From a virus (lineage: Duplodnaviria > Heunggongvirae > Uroviricota > Caudoviricetes): a stretch of 38,756 bases of DNA. This document shows, in pieces, positions 17,690-27,185 of the stretch. The notes under the pieces were generated by a model. The model did no database searches and had not been told where the DNA came from. It saw only the letters and a program-made list of their open reading frames with translations. Each line of letters opens with the position of its first letter. Position 1 is the first letter of the stretch. The stretch lies in the IMG/VR virus record IMGVR_UViG_646311923_000010; one strand, given 5' to 3'. A program made the translations under genes and the position numbers.

Positions 17690-18490
17690 ATGATTACTCC
17701 TGCACAGCAACACTGGCAGAACGTGATGGCACAGCGCGCAGGCCGGGCGAATGAAGGCGTGGACCACGCCGCGCGTACCGCGCATGAAGAGGTGCTGTAT
17801 CGTCTGCGTCTGGCACAGGCCCGGCTTAAGGGCGTACAGGCCAGAAGCGCGAAAGCCGCCATCAAAAAAGAGTTATTGCCGGACTTTTCCGGCTGGATTG
17901 AGGGAACGCTGGAGGCTGACGGCGGGCAGCAGGATGAAGTGATTGCCACGCTGATGGTGTGGGCGATTGACTGCGGCGATCTTCCGCTGGCGCTGCGTAT
18001 TGGTGCGTATGTGGTCCGTCATAACCTCATTATGCCGGATAACTTTGGCCGTACTGCTGCCACGGTACTGACCGAAGAAATCTGCAACCCGGTACTGACG
18101 CAGGCCGGGACGGATGCCGACGCGGATTTATCCGCCTTTATCGAACCACTGGATACCCTCCGGGAGATTGTCACCGACCAGGACATGCCAGACGAAGTGC
18201 GCGCCAAATTATGCAAGGCGTGCGCCTTTGCCCGTCGTGGTCTGACCGATGCAGACAACATGGCCTTATCACTGAAGCTGCTGCGCGAAGCGATGCACCT
18301 GAACCCGAACGCAGGTGTAAAACGCGAGATTGCAACCCTTTCCCGCGCCCTGAAAAAAGCCGATTCCGCAGCCGAACCAGAAGACGCCAGCGCACAGCAG
18401 GCGCAGGACGAAAGCAGCAAAAGTAAAAAGACAACGCGGAAGCCTGCAACACGAAAAACCACCGCGACGCAGAAGGCGAAGCGCGGTTAA
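17690..18490 (+). CDS. M: Terminase small/endonuclease subunit, P2 gpM family
   Basis: 266-aa ORF following N; GGAGAG RBS; position and size match gpM. Confidence 0.8.
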   Translation: MITPAQQHWQNVMAQRAGRANEGVDHAARTAHEEVLYRLRLAQARLKGVQARSAKAAIKKELLPDFSGWIEGTLEADGGQQDEVIATLMVWAIDCGDLPLALRIGAYVVRHNLIMPDNFGRTAATVLTEEICNPVLTQAGTDADADLSAFIEPLDTLREIVTDQDMPDEVRAKLCKACAFARRGLTDADNMALSLKLLREAMHLNPNAGVKREIATLSRALKKADSAAEPEDASAQQAQDESSKSKKTTRKPATRKTTATQKAKRG

Positions 18491-18592
18491 CGGCTGACCC
18501 CGTCAGCGGGCGGCGTGCGCGGTGTTCCGGTTTGACTCCGTGACCGTTTACACCGCGCACCCACCGCCCGATTTTTTTCAGGAGTGAACCCC

Positions 18593-19087
18593 ATGAGTAT
18601 GGTTGCCAGAACTGAACCCAGACCCGCAGAGGACGACATCACCGATACCGATGATGGCGATACCCGCATTTCAGCGGGTGCATTCTGGCCGGATATTGTG
18701 CTGCGCGAGCTGCGTCTGGCGGTACGACTGCCGGGCCGCGTGACCACCTCCCGCCTGCTGCATACTGCCACCGGGGCTGTGGCACACGTTACCCGCGAGC
18801 TGGAAGCATGGCAGCAGGAACAGCAGGCAGCTGGCCATCAGACGCTGGCCGATGTTCCGGCACCCGTAATTAACGGAGAAAGCGTCAATCTCTGGCACTG
18901 GCGCAATGCTGTTTATACCGCCACGCGCGCCCTGATTCTGGAGCGTTATCGTGATGCAGACACAACGGACAAGGGCGACCGCCGGGCGGACGCTCTGGAT
19001 ATACAGACATCGGATTTGTGGCGTGATGTGAGCTGGGCCATCTCTGACATTCTGTGCCGCCCGCGAATCTTTGCGGAGTTGTGCTGA
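18593..19087 (+). CDS. L: Head completion/stabilisation protein, P2 gpL family
   Basis: ORF 18584..19087; ATG at 18593 with AGGAG 9 nt upstream; position and size match gpL. Confidence 0.8.
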   Translation: MSMVARTEPRPAEDDITDTDDGDTRISAGAFWPDIVLRELRLAVRLPGRVTTSRLLHTATGAVAHVTRELEAWQQEQQAAGHQTLADVPAPVINGESVNLWHWRNAVYTATRALILERYRDADTTDKGDRRADALDIQTSDLWRDVSWAISDILCRPRIFAELC

Positions 19088-19287
19088 TGAAAGTGAAGGC
19101 ACTGGAAGGCGACACCGTGGATTCGCTCTGTTTCCGGTACTACGGCACGACGCAGGGCGTCACCGAAAAGGTGCTGGATGCCAACCCCGGACTCTGTCAG
19201 CAGGTATTTCTGAACGCCGGGCAGGAAGTTGAGATGCCGGAGCCGGAGAAGAAGAAACGAGAAATGATTCAGTTGTGGGGGAAGTAG
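19087..19287 (+). CDS. X: Tail protein X (LysM-like), P2 gpX family
   Basis: ORF 19054..19287; ATG at 19087 overlaps L stop; MKVKALEGDTVDSLCFRYYG aligns with recalled gpX. Confidence 0.8.
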   Translation: MKVKALEGDTVDSLCFRYYGTTQGVTEKVLDANPGLCQQVFLNAGQEVEMPEPEKKKREMIQLWGK

Positions 19288-19289
19288 CA

Positions 19290-19613
19290 GTGAGCACCAT
19301 TCAAACAGGGATCACAGAGCAGGTTATTGCGTGGCTCTTTGACCACCTGCCAACGGTGTATGCAGTAGGCGCGGCGGTCAGCATTTCCGCGCTGATGAGT
19401 CTTTATGACGGACGAACACTGGTTCAGACCGTAACGGGATCGCTGGCGTGCGGCGTTCTTGCCATGGCCGTGGCCGGGTCGTTGCGCTTCTTCGGGTTTC
19501 CTGAAGATGCCGTGACGTTTATCGGCGCATCAATCGGTTTTATGGGTGCAGAGAAAGCACGCGACAAGGTTATTGCGGCCTTTAATCGCAGGGTGAAGGA
19601 GAAGGACGAATGA
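19290..19613 (+). CDS. Holin
   Basis: ORF 19275..19613; likely GTG start at 19290 just after X stop; three hydrophobic segments; first gene of lysis cassette. Confidence 0.65.
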   Translation: MSTIQTGITEQVIAWLFDHLPTVYAVGAAVSISALMSLYDGRTLVQTVTGSLACGVLAMAVAGSLRFFGFPEDAVTFIGASIGFMGAEKARDKVIAAFNRRVKEKDE

Positions 19614-20002
19614 GCAACACATTTAAATTCAGCAGCCGGAGCGAAAAGAATTTGCAGGGCGTAAATCCTGATCTGGTGAAAGTGACCCGACGGGCACTGG
19701 AAATCTCGGAAGTGGATTTTGGTATCACCGAAGGGTTGCGCAGCCGTTACCGCCAGAAGCAACTGGTGGCCACGGGTAAGAGCCAGACCATGAACAGCCG
19801 CCACCTTACGGGGCATGCCGTGGATGTTGTGGCTTATATCGGCAGCCAGGTGTCATGGGAATGGCCGCTGTACGAAAAAATCGCAGCAGCATTCAGACAG
19901 GCCAGCCGGGAACTGAATATTCCGGTGGAATGGGGCGGCGACTGGAAGACCCTGAAAGACGGACCGCATTTTCAGTTACCACACGGAGCCTATCCGGCAT
20001 GA
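19610..20002 (+). CDS. Endolysin, peptidase M15-type (L-alanyl-D-glutamate endopeptidase-like)
   Basis: 130-aa ORF; zinc-ligand pattern SRHLTGHAVDV ... GPHF typical of M15 peptidases; overlaps holin stop. Confidence 0.8.
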   Translation: MSNTFKFSSRSEKNLQGVNPDLVKVTRRALEISEVDFGITEGLRSRYRQKQLVATGKSQTMNSRHLTGHAVDVVAYIGSQVSWEWPLYEKIAAAFRQASRELNIPVEWGGDWKTLKDGPHFQLPHGAYPA

Positions 20003-20406
20003 AGCTCTGGCCCACGCTGGGCGTCGCTTTCCTTCTGATTGCTGGATGGGGAACATCCATGCGTCTGTCGTGGTCGCTGGGCCGGGAGAACGCCAGAAAC
20101 GAAGCGCAGGCCAGCACCCTGAAAAGTACCGCCGACACCCTGAATATTATCAGCGCCGGGGTACAGGATATGCAGCAGGTGCTGGCGCAACTCCGCGTGG
20201 AAAATCAGCAACGCAATCAGGACGGAGAGGTAAGACGTGAACAGCTACGCAACGATATTGCAAAAGATGAATGCGCCCACGCTTTGCCTGACGCTCGTTT
20301 TACTGACAGGCTGCGCAGGCACGCAGAACGCGCCACGGCCAGCGCCGTCAGTCCGGCTTATACCGCAGACGCTGACCATACCGGTAACGCCTCCCCCCTT
20401 CCCTGA
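19999..20406 (+). CDS. Inner-membrane spanin (LysB/Rz-like)
   Basis: ORF 19855..20406; ATG at 19999 overlaps endolysin stop; N-terminal TM helix then coiled-coil periplasmic domain. Confidence 0.65.
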   Translation: MKLWPTLGVAFLLIAGWGTSMRLSWSLGRENARNEAQASTLKSTADTLNIISAGVQDMQQVLAQLRVENQQRNQDGEVRREQLRNDIAKDECAHALPDARFTDRLRRHAERATASAVSPAYTADADHTGNASPLP

Positions 20407-20557
20407 TACTCCCACATGGGGAAATCTCGGTATATGGGGCGACCGCCTTCTGGATGCACTGGAAACCTGTAACGCGGATAAACGGGCCATTGAATTACTG
20501 GAACAGCGCAGGCTGCAACGACTGAACAACGAGGATAACAACCATGCTGAAAACTGA
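20237..20557 (+). CDS. Outer-membrane lipoprotein spanin (LysC/Rz1-like), overlapping the i-spanin gene
   Basis: Lipobox LLTGC after hydrophobic signal; Pro-rich mature region; alternative start ATG 20267. Confidence 0.6.
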   Translation: MNSYATILQKMNAPTLCLTLVLLTGCAGTQNAPRPAPSVRLIPQTLTIPVTPPPFPDTPTWGNLGIWGDRLLDALETCNADKRAIELLEQRRLQRLNNEDNNHAEN

Positions 20558-21011
20558 TTCCCTGCGTGAAGCCATGACCCGTTCATGCCGATGGTGTCAG
20601 GCCAACCCGGAAAAATTCACCATTTTCGTGGAGAGCGGCAACATTGAAACGACCGGAGAAACCCCATCGTTTGTTTACCGCTATCAGATGGTGATGTTTG
20701 TCATGGATTACGCCGGGGAGCTGGACGACCTCACGCTGCCGCTGCTGGCGTGGTTATCCGAAAATCAGCCACAGTTGTTGCTCAACCCTGAGCGTAATCA
20801 GGACATCAAATTTTCCGCCGTTATCAATGACGATGACAGCGCCGATCTCCTGTTTACGCTCCCCCTGCGGGAACGCGTTCGCATCACGCGCAGCAGTCAG
20901 GGCACACCGCAGGCAGAACACCTGCCGGAGCCAAAACCCCGCCTGCCATCTTCCGAAGGCGACTGGTCGCATGTATTCCAGGATGTGACGTGGGGTGAAA
21001 GCGATGGATAA
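20544..21011 (+). CDS. R: Tail completion protein, P2 gpR family
   Basis: 155-aa ORF, same size and position as P2 gpR. Confidence 0.8.
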   Translation: MLKTDSLREAMTRSCRWCQANPEKFTIFVESGNIETTGETPSFVYRYQMVMFVMDYAGELDDLTLPLLAWLSENQPQLLLNPERNQDIKFSAVINDDDSADLLFTLPLRERVRITRSSQGTPQAEHLPEPKPRLPSSEGDWSHVFQDVTWGESDG

Positions 21012-21639
21012 GGCATTCACCCGCGTGGATGAAACCTTTGAGGCCATCCGCGACAGCCTGAATCAGCAGGCCATCAATAACATCGCCAGAAAGCTGGCAC
21101 AGGATTTACGCCGCGCCCAGCAGGCGCGTATCCGGTCACAGAAAGCGCCGGACGGGACCGCGTGGACACCACGCAGACGCCGCGTAACCCGGATACAGGA
21201 ACGCATTCGCTTTATCTGGAATAACGAAGCACGCACGCTGAAAAACTGGCATCACGACACGGGGAAATACGGGCGAACCATTACCGGGTGGGATGAGGAT
21301 AAAAACAATATCCGCACGTTTTACCGGGATGACATCGACCGTTTTCTGGAAATACGCACCCGGCGCATCAACCAGGACAGCACAAAGCGCGTCCCCATGT
21401 TCGTAAAACTGCGCACCGCCCGCTACCTGAAAGCCCGTGCAGATGCTTCCGGTGTGACGGTGGGTTACAGCGGCGTGGCCGCACGTATTGCCCGCGTTCA
21501 TCAGTTCGGTGAGCGCGATCAGGTTGCGCCGGGCATTTTCACCGATTACCCGGTACGTGAGCTGCTGGGTATCAGCCAGGCAGATGAGCGCCTGATTTAT
21601 AACACGGTGCTGGGCCGGATTGCGGAGGCTGTACGGTGA
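21004..21639 (+). CDS. S: Virion morphogenesis / tail completion protein, P2 gpS family
   Basis: ORF 20995..21639; ATG at 21004 overlapping R stop; ARVHQFGE motif matches recalled gpS. Confidence 0.75.
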   Translation: MDKAFTRVDETFEAIRDSLNQQAINNIARKLAQDLRRAQQARIRSQKAPDGTAWTPRRRRVTRIQERIRFIWNNEARTLKNWHHDTGKYGRTITGWDEDKNNIRTFYRDDIDRFLEIRTRRINQDSTKRVPMFVKLRTARYLKARADASGVTVGYSGVAARIARVHQFGERDQVAPGIFTDYPVRELLGISQADERLIYNTVLGRIAEAVR

Positions 21640-22217
21640 GCGCAGAACTCATGCGACTGCTGAGCAATATCATCCGCACCGGGATCATCTCTGAAGTTGA
21701 TGAGAAGTCCTGGCGCGTGCGCGTTCGCAGCGGCGAACTGGAAACAGGCTGGCTGCGCTGGAACACCACGCGCGCGGGAGCCTTCAATGTGTGGCTGCCG
21801 CCATCACCAGGCGAACAGGTGGTAATTGCCTGCATTGGCGGCAACCCGGAAACCGCCATGATAATTGGCAGCCTGTGGAGTGATGCCAGTCCGGCCCCCG
21901 GCAAAAGCCTGAAAGAAATCGTGATCAGCGCGCCGGACGGCGCGGTGTTCCGCTACGACGCGGACGCAGGCGCACTGAGCGCCAGCGGCATGAAAACGGC
22001 CACTTTACAGGCATCCGTCAGCGTGAAACTGGACACGCCCGTCGTGGAATGCACAAACCTTCTGAGAACGGCGACGCTTGACGTCACAAAAGGAGGAAAG
22101 ATGAGCGGCAATATCACGCACAGCGGCGGCAACTTCACCTCAAACGGCATTACCGTGCATACGCATAAACACGGTGGCGTGAAAGGCGGCAGCGATTCGA
22201 CAGGAGGCCCGCAGTGA
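21636..22217 (+). CDS. V: Baseplate spike/assembly protein, P2 gpV family
   Basis: 193-aa ORF at canonical position; start overlaps S stop. Confidence 0.8.
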   Translation: MSAELMRLLSNIIRTGIISEVDEKSWRVRVRSGELETGWLRWNTTRAGAFNVWLPPSPGEQVVIACIGGNPETAMIIGSLWSDASPAPGKSLKEIVISAPDGAVFRYDADAGALSASGMKTATLQASVSVKLDTPVVECTNLLRTATLDVTKGGKMSGNITHSGGNFTSNGITVHTHKHGGVKGGSDSTGGPQ

Positions 22218-22564
22218 CAACCCGCTACACAGGAATGAATCCGGACGGGACGGGAAACCTGAACGATATGGAGCACCTGAAACAGTCAGTCAGGGATATC
22301 CTGACCACCCCGCTGGCAAGCCGGGTTATGCGACGGGAATATGGCAGCCTTGTGCCTGATTTGATTGACGAACCCATGAATAACACCACGCGTCTGCAAT
22401 GCATGAGTGCTGCCGTGATTGCGCTGACACGATGGGAACCCCGCATTGCCCTGGATGCCATCGACGTTGTCTGGAAAGCGGGAGGCCGCGCCGGGGTGAC
22501 GCTGTCGGGCACTGTCATGCAGACCATGCAGAATGTTGAGTTAACCATCACGCTGAGGGAGTAA
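22214..22564 (+). CDS. W: Baseplate wedge protein, P2 gpW (gp25-like)
   Basis: 116-aa ORF; start overlaps V stop; size and position match gpW. Confidence 0.85.
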   Translation: MTTRYTGMNPDGTGNLNDMEHLKQSVRDILTTPLASRVMRREYGSLVPDLIDEPMNNTTRLQCMSAAVIALTRWEPRIALDAIDVVWKAGGRAGVTLSGTVMQTMQNVELTITLRE

Positions 22565-22567
22565 ATC

Positions 22568-23464
22568 ATGCCCGCCGTTGACCTTTCCCAGTTACCGGAA
22601 CCCGCCATCATCGCGGAGCCTGACTTTGAGGCAATTCTGGCTGACACAAAGGCCATGATGATTGCGGCTTATCCCGCCGAACAGCGTGAAGCCGTCTCCG
22701 CCGCGCTGGAGCTGGAATCGGAACCCCTGAACGTTATCGCCCAGACAACAGCGTTTCGTGAAATGCTGTTACGCCAGCGGGTCAATGAGGGGGCACGCGC
22801 CTGCATGTTAAGCCACAGCGCCGGGACAGACCTGGACAACCTCGCGGGCAATATGAACACAAAGCGCCTGACCATCACTCCGGCAACGGATACCACCGAC
22901 GCAGTGATGGAAAGTGACACCTCGCTGAGACTGCGGGCGCAGCGGGCGTACGATGGCCTGAGTGTTGCTGGCCCGTCAGGTGCATACGAGTATTTTGCCC
23001 GCAGCGCCAGCGGTCTGGTGCGTGATGCGCGGGCTATCAGTCCGTCTCCGGCAAATGTGACGGTTTCCATCCTGTCCACTGAGGGCGACGGCACAGCAAC
23101 GGAGGCGTTGCTTAATACCGTTCGCGCCGTTCTGAATGCAGAGGATACCCGCCCGGTGGCCGACCGCCTGACCGTACAGAGCGCCAGAATCGTGACATGG
23201 CGGCTGAATGCAAAACTGTACTTTTACCCCGGTCCGGAATCCGAACCTATTCTGGCTGCGGCGGAATCGTCGTTCAGGAAGTGGCTGGCTGAGCAGGGGC
23301 TTATCGGTCAGGACGTGGCGTTGTCCGCCATTGCTGCCGCACTGCATGTGCACGGTGTGCAACGCGTGGAGATAATCGAACCCACACAGAATATGGCCAT
23401 CAGCGACATACAGGCGGCGCGCTGTGAGTCATTCACCATCAGCGAAGGTGGGCGCAATGAGTAA
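22568..23464 (+). CDS. J: Baseplate protein, P2 gpJ family
   Basis: 298-aa ORF; size and position match gpJ. Confidence 0.85.
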   Translation: MPAVDLSQLPEPAIIAEPDFEAILADTKAMMIAAYPAEQREAVSAALELESEPLNVIAQTTAFREMLLRQRVNEGARACMLSHSAGTDLDNLAGNMNTKRLTITPATDTTDAVMESDTSLRLRAQRAYDGLSVAGPSGAYEYFARSASGLVRDARAISPSPANVTVSILSTEGDGTATEALLNTVRAVLNAEDTRPVADRLTVQSARIVTWRLNAKLYFYPGPESEPILAAAESSFRKWLAEQGLIGQDVALSAIAAALHVHGVQRVEIIEPTQNMAISDIQAARCESFTISEGGRNE

Positions 23465-23987
23465 TTCGTTGTTACCACCATCAGCCAGCAATTTCATGCG
23501 TTGTGCCGAAGCCGTCGGAACACGCATTACAGACATTCCGGTAGACCTCAACACACTGTGGTCGCCGGATACCTGCCCGGTGCATCTGCTGCCCTATCTC
23601 GCCTGGGCATTTTCCGTTGACCGCTGGGATCGCAACTGGCCGGAAGAGACAAAGCGACAGGTTATTCGTGATGCATGGCTGATACACCGACACAAAGGGA
23701 CCATCAGCGCACTGCGCAGGGCCATTGAGCCGCTGGGATACCTCATTCGCGTGTCTGAATGGTGGGAGTTCGGCGGAGAACCGGGAACATTTACCGTTGA
23801 AGTCGGCACACTGGACAGTGGCGTGACGGAGGAAATGTATCTGGAAATGGAGCGGTTGATTGCTGATGCCCGTCCGGTCAGCCGCCACATGACAGGGCTG
23901 AATATCATTCAGGAAATTCCGGGGGATATTTTCGCAGCGGCGGCAACTTATGACGGTGAAGTTATTACCATTTATCCGGACGATTAA
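23457..23987 (+). CDS. I: Baseplate protein, P2 gpI family
   Basis: ORF 23424..23987; ATG at 23457 overlaps J stop; size matches gpI. Confidence 0.85.
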   Translation: MSNSLLPPSASNFMRCAEAVGTRITDIPVDLNTLWSPDTCPVHLLPYLAWAFSVDRWDRNWPEETKRQVIRDAWLIHRHKGTISALRRAIEPLGYLIRVSEWWEFGGEPGTFTVEVGTLDSGVTEEMYLEMERLIADARPVSRHMTGLNIIQEIPGDIFAAAATYDGEVITIYPDD

Positions 23988-23989
23988 GC

Positions 23990-26092
23990 ATGAGTACCAC
24001 AACACGAAAATTTAAAACCGTTATCACCGATACGGGTGCAAAAAAATTAGCTCAGGCAGCCGCGCCAGATGGTAAGCCTGTCCGCCTGACTCATATGGCC
24101 GTGGGCGACGGTGGCGGCACGTTGCCCACACCAGACAGTAAGCAGACCCGTCTGGTGCATGAGGTGTGGCGACACACTGTTAATCGCGTCATCCTGGACG
24201 CAACACATCAGAACCGCATTATTGCGGAGCTGGTTATTCCTCCTGAAGCGGGCGGATTCTGGATCCGGGAAATTGGTGTATTTGATGAGCACGGCGATTT
24301 AATCGCGGTGGGCAATACTGCCGAAAGTTACAAGCCAACCGTTGCCGAGGGGTCCGGACGTGCACAAACATTTCGCACCATTCTGACCGTATCCAGCACT
24401 GCCAGCGTGGCGCTTACCGTGGATAACACCATGGTGATGGCCACAGTGGATTACGTGGATGACAAACTGAAAGAGCATGAACAGTCACGACGTCACCCGG
24501 ATGCCTCGCTGACCGCAAAAGGCTTTGTTCAACTCAGTAGCGCCACTAACAGCGATTCTGAAACGCTGGCCGCAACGCCGAAAGCGGTTAAGGCCGCGTA
24601 TGACCTGGCTAACGGAAAATATACCGCTCAGGACGCCACGACGGCACGAAAAGGGATAGTCCAGCTCAGCAGTGCAACCAACAGCACGTCTGAAACGCTG
24701 GCAGCGACACCAAAAGCGGTTAAGGCGGTAATGGATGAAACGAACAAGAAAGCCCCATTAAACAGCCCGGCACTGACCGGAACGCCAACAACACCAACTG
24801 CACAACAGGGAACGAATAATACCCAAATCGCAAGCACGGCTTTCGTTATGGCCGCGATTGCCGCACTTGTAGACTCTTCACCTGACGCACTGAACACGCT
24901 GAACGAGCTGGCGGCGGCGCTGGGCAACGACCCGAATTTTGCGACCACCATGACTAACGCGCTTGCGGGTAAGCAACCGAAAGATGCCACCCTGACGGCG
25001 CTGGCCGGGCTTGCTACTGCGGCAGACAGGTTTCCGTATTTTACGGGGAATGATGTCGCCAGCCTGGCAACTCTGACAAAAGTAGGGCGGGATATTCTTG
25101 CGAAATCGACCGTTGCCGCCGTTATCGAATACCTCGGTTTACAGGAAACGGTAAATCAGGCTTCTGGCGCATTACAGAAAAACCAGAACGGCGCAGATAT
25201 TCCGGGGAAAGATACCTTCACCAAAAATATTGGTGCCTGCCGCGCATATAGCTCATGGCTGAATATTGGTGGCGATAGTCAGGTCTGGACAACCGCGCAA
25301 TTTATTTCGTGGCTGGAGAGTCAGGGAGCATTTAACCATCCTTACTGGATGTGCAAAGGCTCATGGGCTTATGCAAATAATAAGGTCATTACAGATACAG
25401 GTTGCGGAAATATTTGTCTTGCAGGTGCTGTGGTGGAAGTTATTGGCACTCGCGGCGCAATGACCATACGCGTTACCACGCCGAGCACGTCCAGCGGTGG
25501 CGGAATTACTAACGCTCAATTCACTTATATTAATCATGGTGATGCTTACGCTCCTGGCTGGCGACGAGACTACAACACGAAAAATCAACAACCTGCATTT
25601 GCTTTAGGGCAAACAGGAAGCACTGTCGGAAATGATAAAGCTGTTGGCTGGAACTGGAATAGCGGGGTCTATAACGCAAACATTGGTGGCGCATCGACAT
25701 TAATCCTCCACTTCAATATGAATACGGGGAGCTGCCCTGCTGTACAGTTCCGCGTGAATTACAGGAACGGCGGTATTTTTTATCGTTCAGCGCGTGATGG
25801 TTATGGATTTGAGGCTGACTGGTCAGAGTTTTACACCACGACCCGCAAACCCTCTGCGGGAGATGTTGGTGCATACACGCAGGCAGAATGTAACTCAAGG
25901 TTTATTACAGGTATTCGCCTTGGCGGTCTGTCATCTGTTCAGACATGGAATGGTCCCGGCTGGTCTGACAGGTCAGGTTATGTCGTTACGGGTTCAGTTA
26001 ACGGAAACCGTGATGAATTAATTGATACAACTCAGGCAAGGCCAATTCAGTATTGCATTAATGGGACGTGGTATAACGCGGGGAGTATTTAA
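23990..26092 (+). CDS. H: Tail fibre protein gpH (constant N-terminal part plus currently expressed variable C-terminal part)
   Basis: 700-aa ORF; duplicated LSSATNS(D/T)SETLAATPKAVKA motif typical of P2-type fibres; crossover site lies inside the ORF at 25122-25147. Confidence 0.85.
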   Translation: MSTTTRKFKTVITDTGAKKLAQAAAPDGKPVRLTHMAVGDGGGTLPTPDSKQTRLVHEVWRHTVNRVILDATHQNRIIAELVIPPEAGGFWIREIGVFDEHGDLIAVGNTAESYKPTVAEGSGRAQTFRTILTVSSTASVALTVDNTMVMATVDYVDDKLKEHEQSRRHPDASLTAKGFVQLSSATNSDSETLAATPKAVKAAYDLANGKYTAQDATTARKGIVQLSSATNSTSETLAATPKAVKAVMDETNKKAPLNSPALTGTPTTPTAQQGTNNTQIASTAFVMAAIAALVDSSPDALNTLNELAAALGNDPNFATTMTNALAGKQPKDATLTALAGLATAADRFPYFTGNDVASLATLTKVGRDILAKSTVAAVIEYLGLQETVNQASGALQKNQNGADIPGKDTFTKNIGACRAYSSWLNIGGDSQVWTTAQFISWLESQGAFNHPYWMCKGSWAYANNKVITDTGCGNICLAGAVVEVIGTRGAMTIRVTTPSTSSGGGITNAQFTYINHGDAYAPGWRRDYNTKNQQPAFALGQTGSTVGNDKAVGWNWNSGVYNANIGGASTLILHFNMNTGSCPAVQFRVNYRNGGIFYRSARDGYGFEADWSEFYTTTRKPSAGDVGAYTQAECNSRFITGIRLGGLSSVQTWNGPGWSDRSGYVVTGSVNGNRDELIDTTQARPIQYCINGTWYNAGSI
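25122..25147. other. DNA invertase crossover site (gix/cix-like), left
   Basis: TTATCGAATACCTCGGTTTACAGGAA matches the recalled gix consensus; inverted homology with 28369-28450 extends about 80 bp. Confidence 0.8.
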
Positions 26093-26094
26093 CG

Positions 26095-26628
26095 ATGATG
26101 CACTTAAAAAACATTACTGCTGGCAACCCTAAAACAAAAGAGCAATACCAGCTAACGAAACAATTTAACATCAAATGGCTTTATTCAGAGGATGGAAAAA
26201 ACTGGTATGAGGAACAAAAGAATTTCCAGCCAGACACTTTGAAAATGGTCTATGACCATAACGGCGTTATTATTTGTATTGAAAAGGATGTTTCAGCAAT
26301 TAATCCGGAAGGCGCAAGCGTCGTTGAATTACCTGATATTACAGCAAATCGCCGTGCTGACATTTCGGGTAAATGGATGTTCAAAGATGGCGTAGTGGTA
26401 AAGCGAACTTATACCGAGGAAGAGCAGAGGCAGCAGGCGGAAAATGAAAAGCAAAGCCTGCTACAGCTCGTCAGGGATAAAACCCAGCTATGGGACTCAC
26501 AGCTACGGCTGGGCATCATTTCCGACGAGAATAAACAAAAATTAACAGAGTGGATGCTCTTTGCGCAGAAAGTCGAATCTACAGACACTTCCAGCCTGCC
26601 AGTAACGTTTCCCGAACAACCAGAATGA
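26095..26628 (+). CDS. Tail fibre assembly chaperone (gpG/Tfa)
   Basis: 177-aa ORF immediately after H; N-terminus MMHLKNITAGNPKT and DITANRRAD motif shared with the minus-strand paralogue. Confidence 0.8.
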   Translation: MMHLKNITAGNPKTKEQYQLTKQFNIKWLYSEDGKNWYEEQKNFQPDTLKMVYDHNGVIICIEKDVSAINPEGASVVELPDITANRRADISGKWMFKDGVVVKRTYTEEEQRQQAENEKQSLLQLVRDKTQLWDSQLRLGIISDENKQKLTEWMLFAQKVESTDTSSLPVTFPEQPE

Positions 26629-26631
26629 GAG

Positions 26632-26651
26632 AAGGCCCGATATCGGGCCTT
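26632..26651. terminator. Bidirectional hairpin between convergent tail-fibre assembly genes
   Basis: Perfect 20-bp palindrome AAGGCCCGATATCGGGCCTT flanked by A/T runs. Confidence 0.6.
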
Positions 26652-26656
26652 AATTT

Positions 26657-27184
26657 TTACTCAGGCTTTTGTGGCCATTCGGGCTTTGCCGTATCCACAC
26701 GGCTGACCATAACACTGTAGCGTTCCCATGCTTCCAGTCGGCTACGCTCCTCATCCGTCGCCATATTCAGCCTGACAGCGCGCTCCAGTGGCTGAATAAC
26801 GCTTTCCGCTTCGGAAAGTAACGCGGCCTTTTGTGATTCGGCCTGTTGTTGCTGCTCGTCTGCCGTATAAATCCGTTTAACTACAGCTCCGTCCTTAAAC
26901 ATCCACTTACCGGAATCATCGGCCCGACGATTGGCTGTTATATCGGGGACCTCAACGACGTTAAAACCTTCAGGGTTAAGCGTGGAGGCATCTTTAGTTA
27001 TGGCAACAATAATATTATGTTCATCGTAAACAATCTTTATTGTGTCTTCCTGAAAATTCTTTACCTCTTCATACCAGTTTTTTCCGTCTTCGGACCACAA
27101 CCAGATAACGTCAAAATTCTTTGTTAATTCGTACTGTTTCAGTGTTTTAGCGTTACCCGCTTTAATGTTCTTTAAGTGCATCAT
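26657..27184 (-). CDS. Alternative tail fibre assembly chaperone (Tfa')
   Basis: 175-aa ORF on minus strand, paralogous to 26095..26628. Confidence 0.8.
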   Translation of the reverse strand: MMHLKNIKAGNAKTLKQYELTKNFDVIWLWSEDGKNWYEEVKNFQEDTIKIVYDEHNIIVAITKDASTLNPEGFNVVEVPDITANRRADDSGKWMFKDGAVVKRIYTADEQQQQAESQKAALLSEAESVIQPLERAVRLNMATDEERSRLEAWERYSVMVSRVDTAKPEWPQKPE

Positions 27185-27185
27185 A

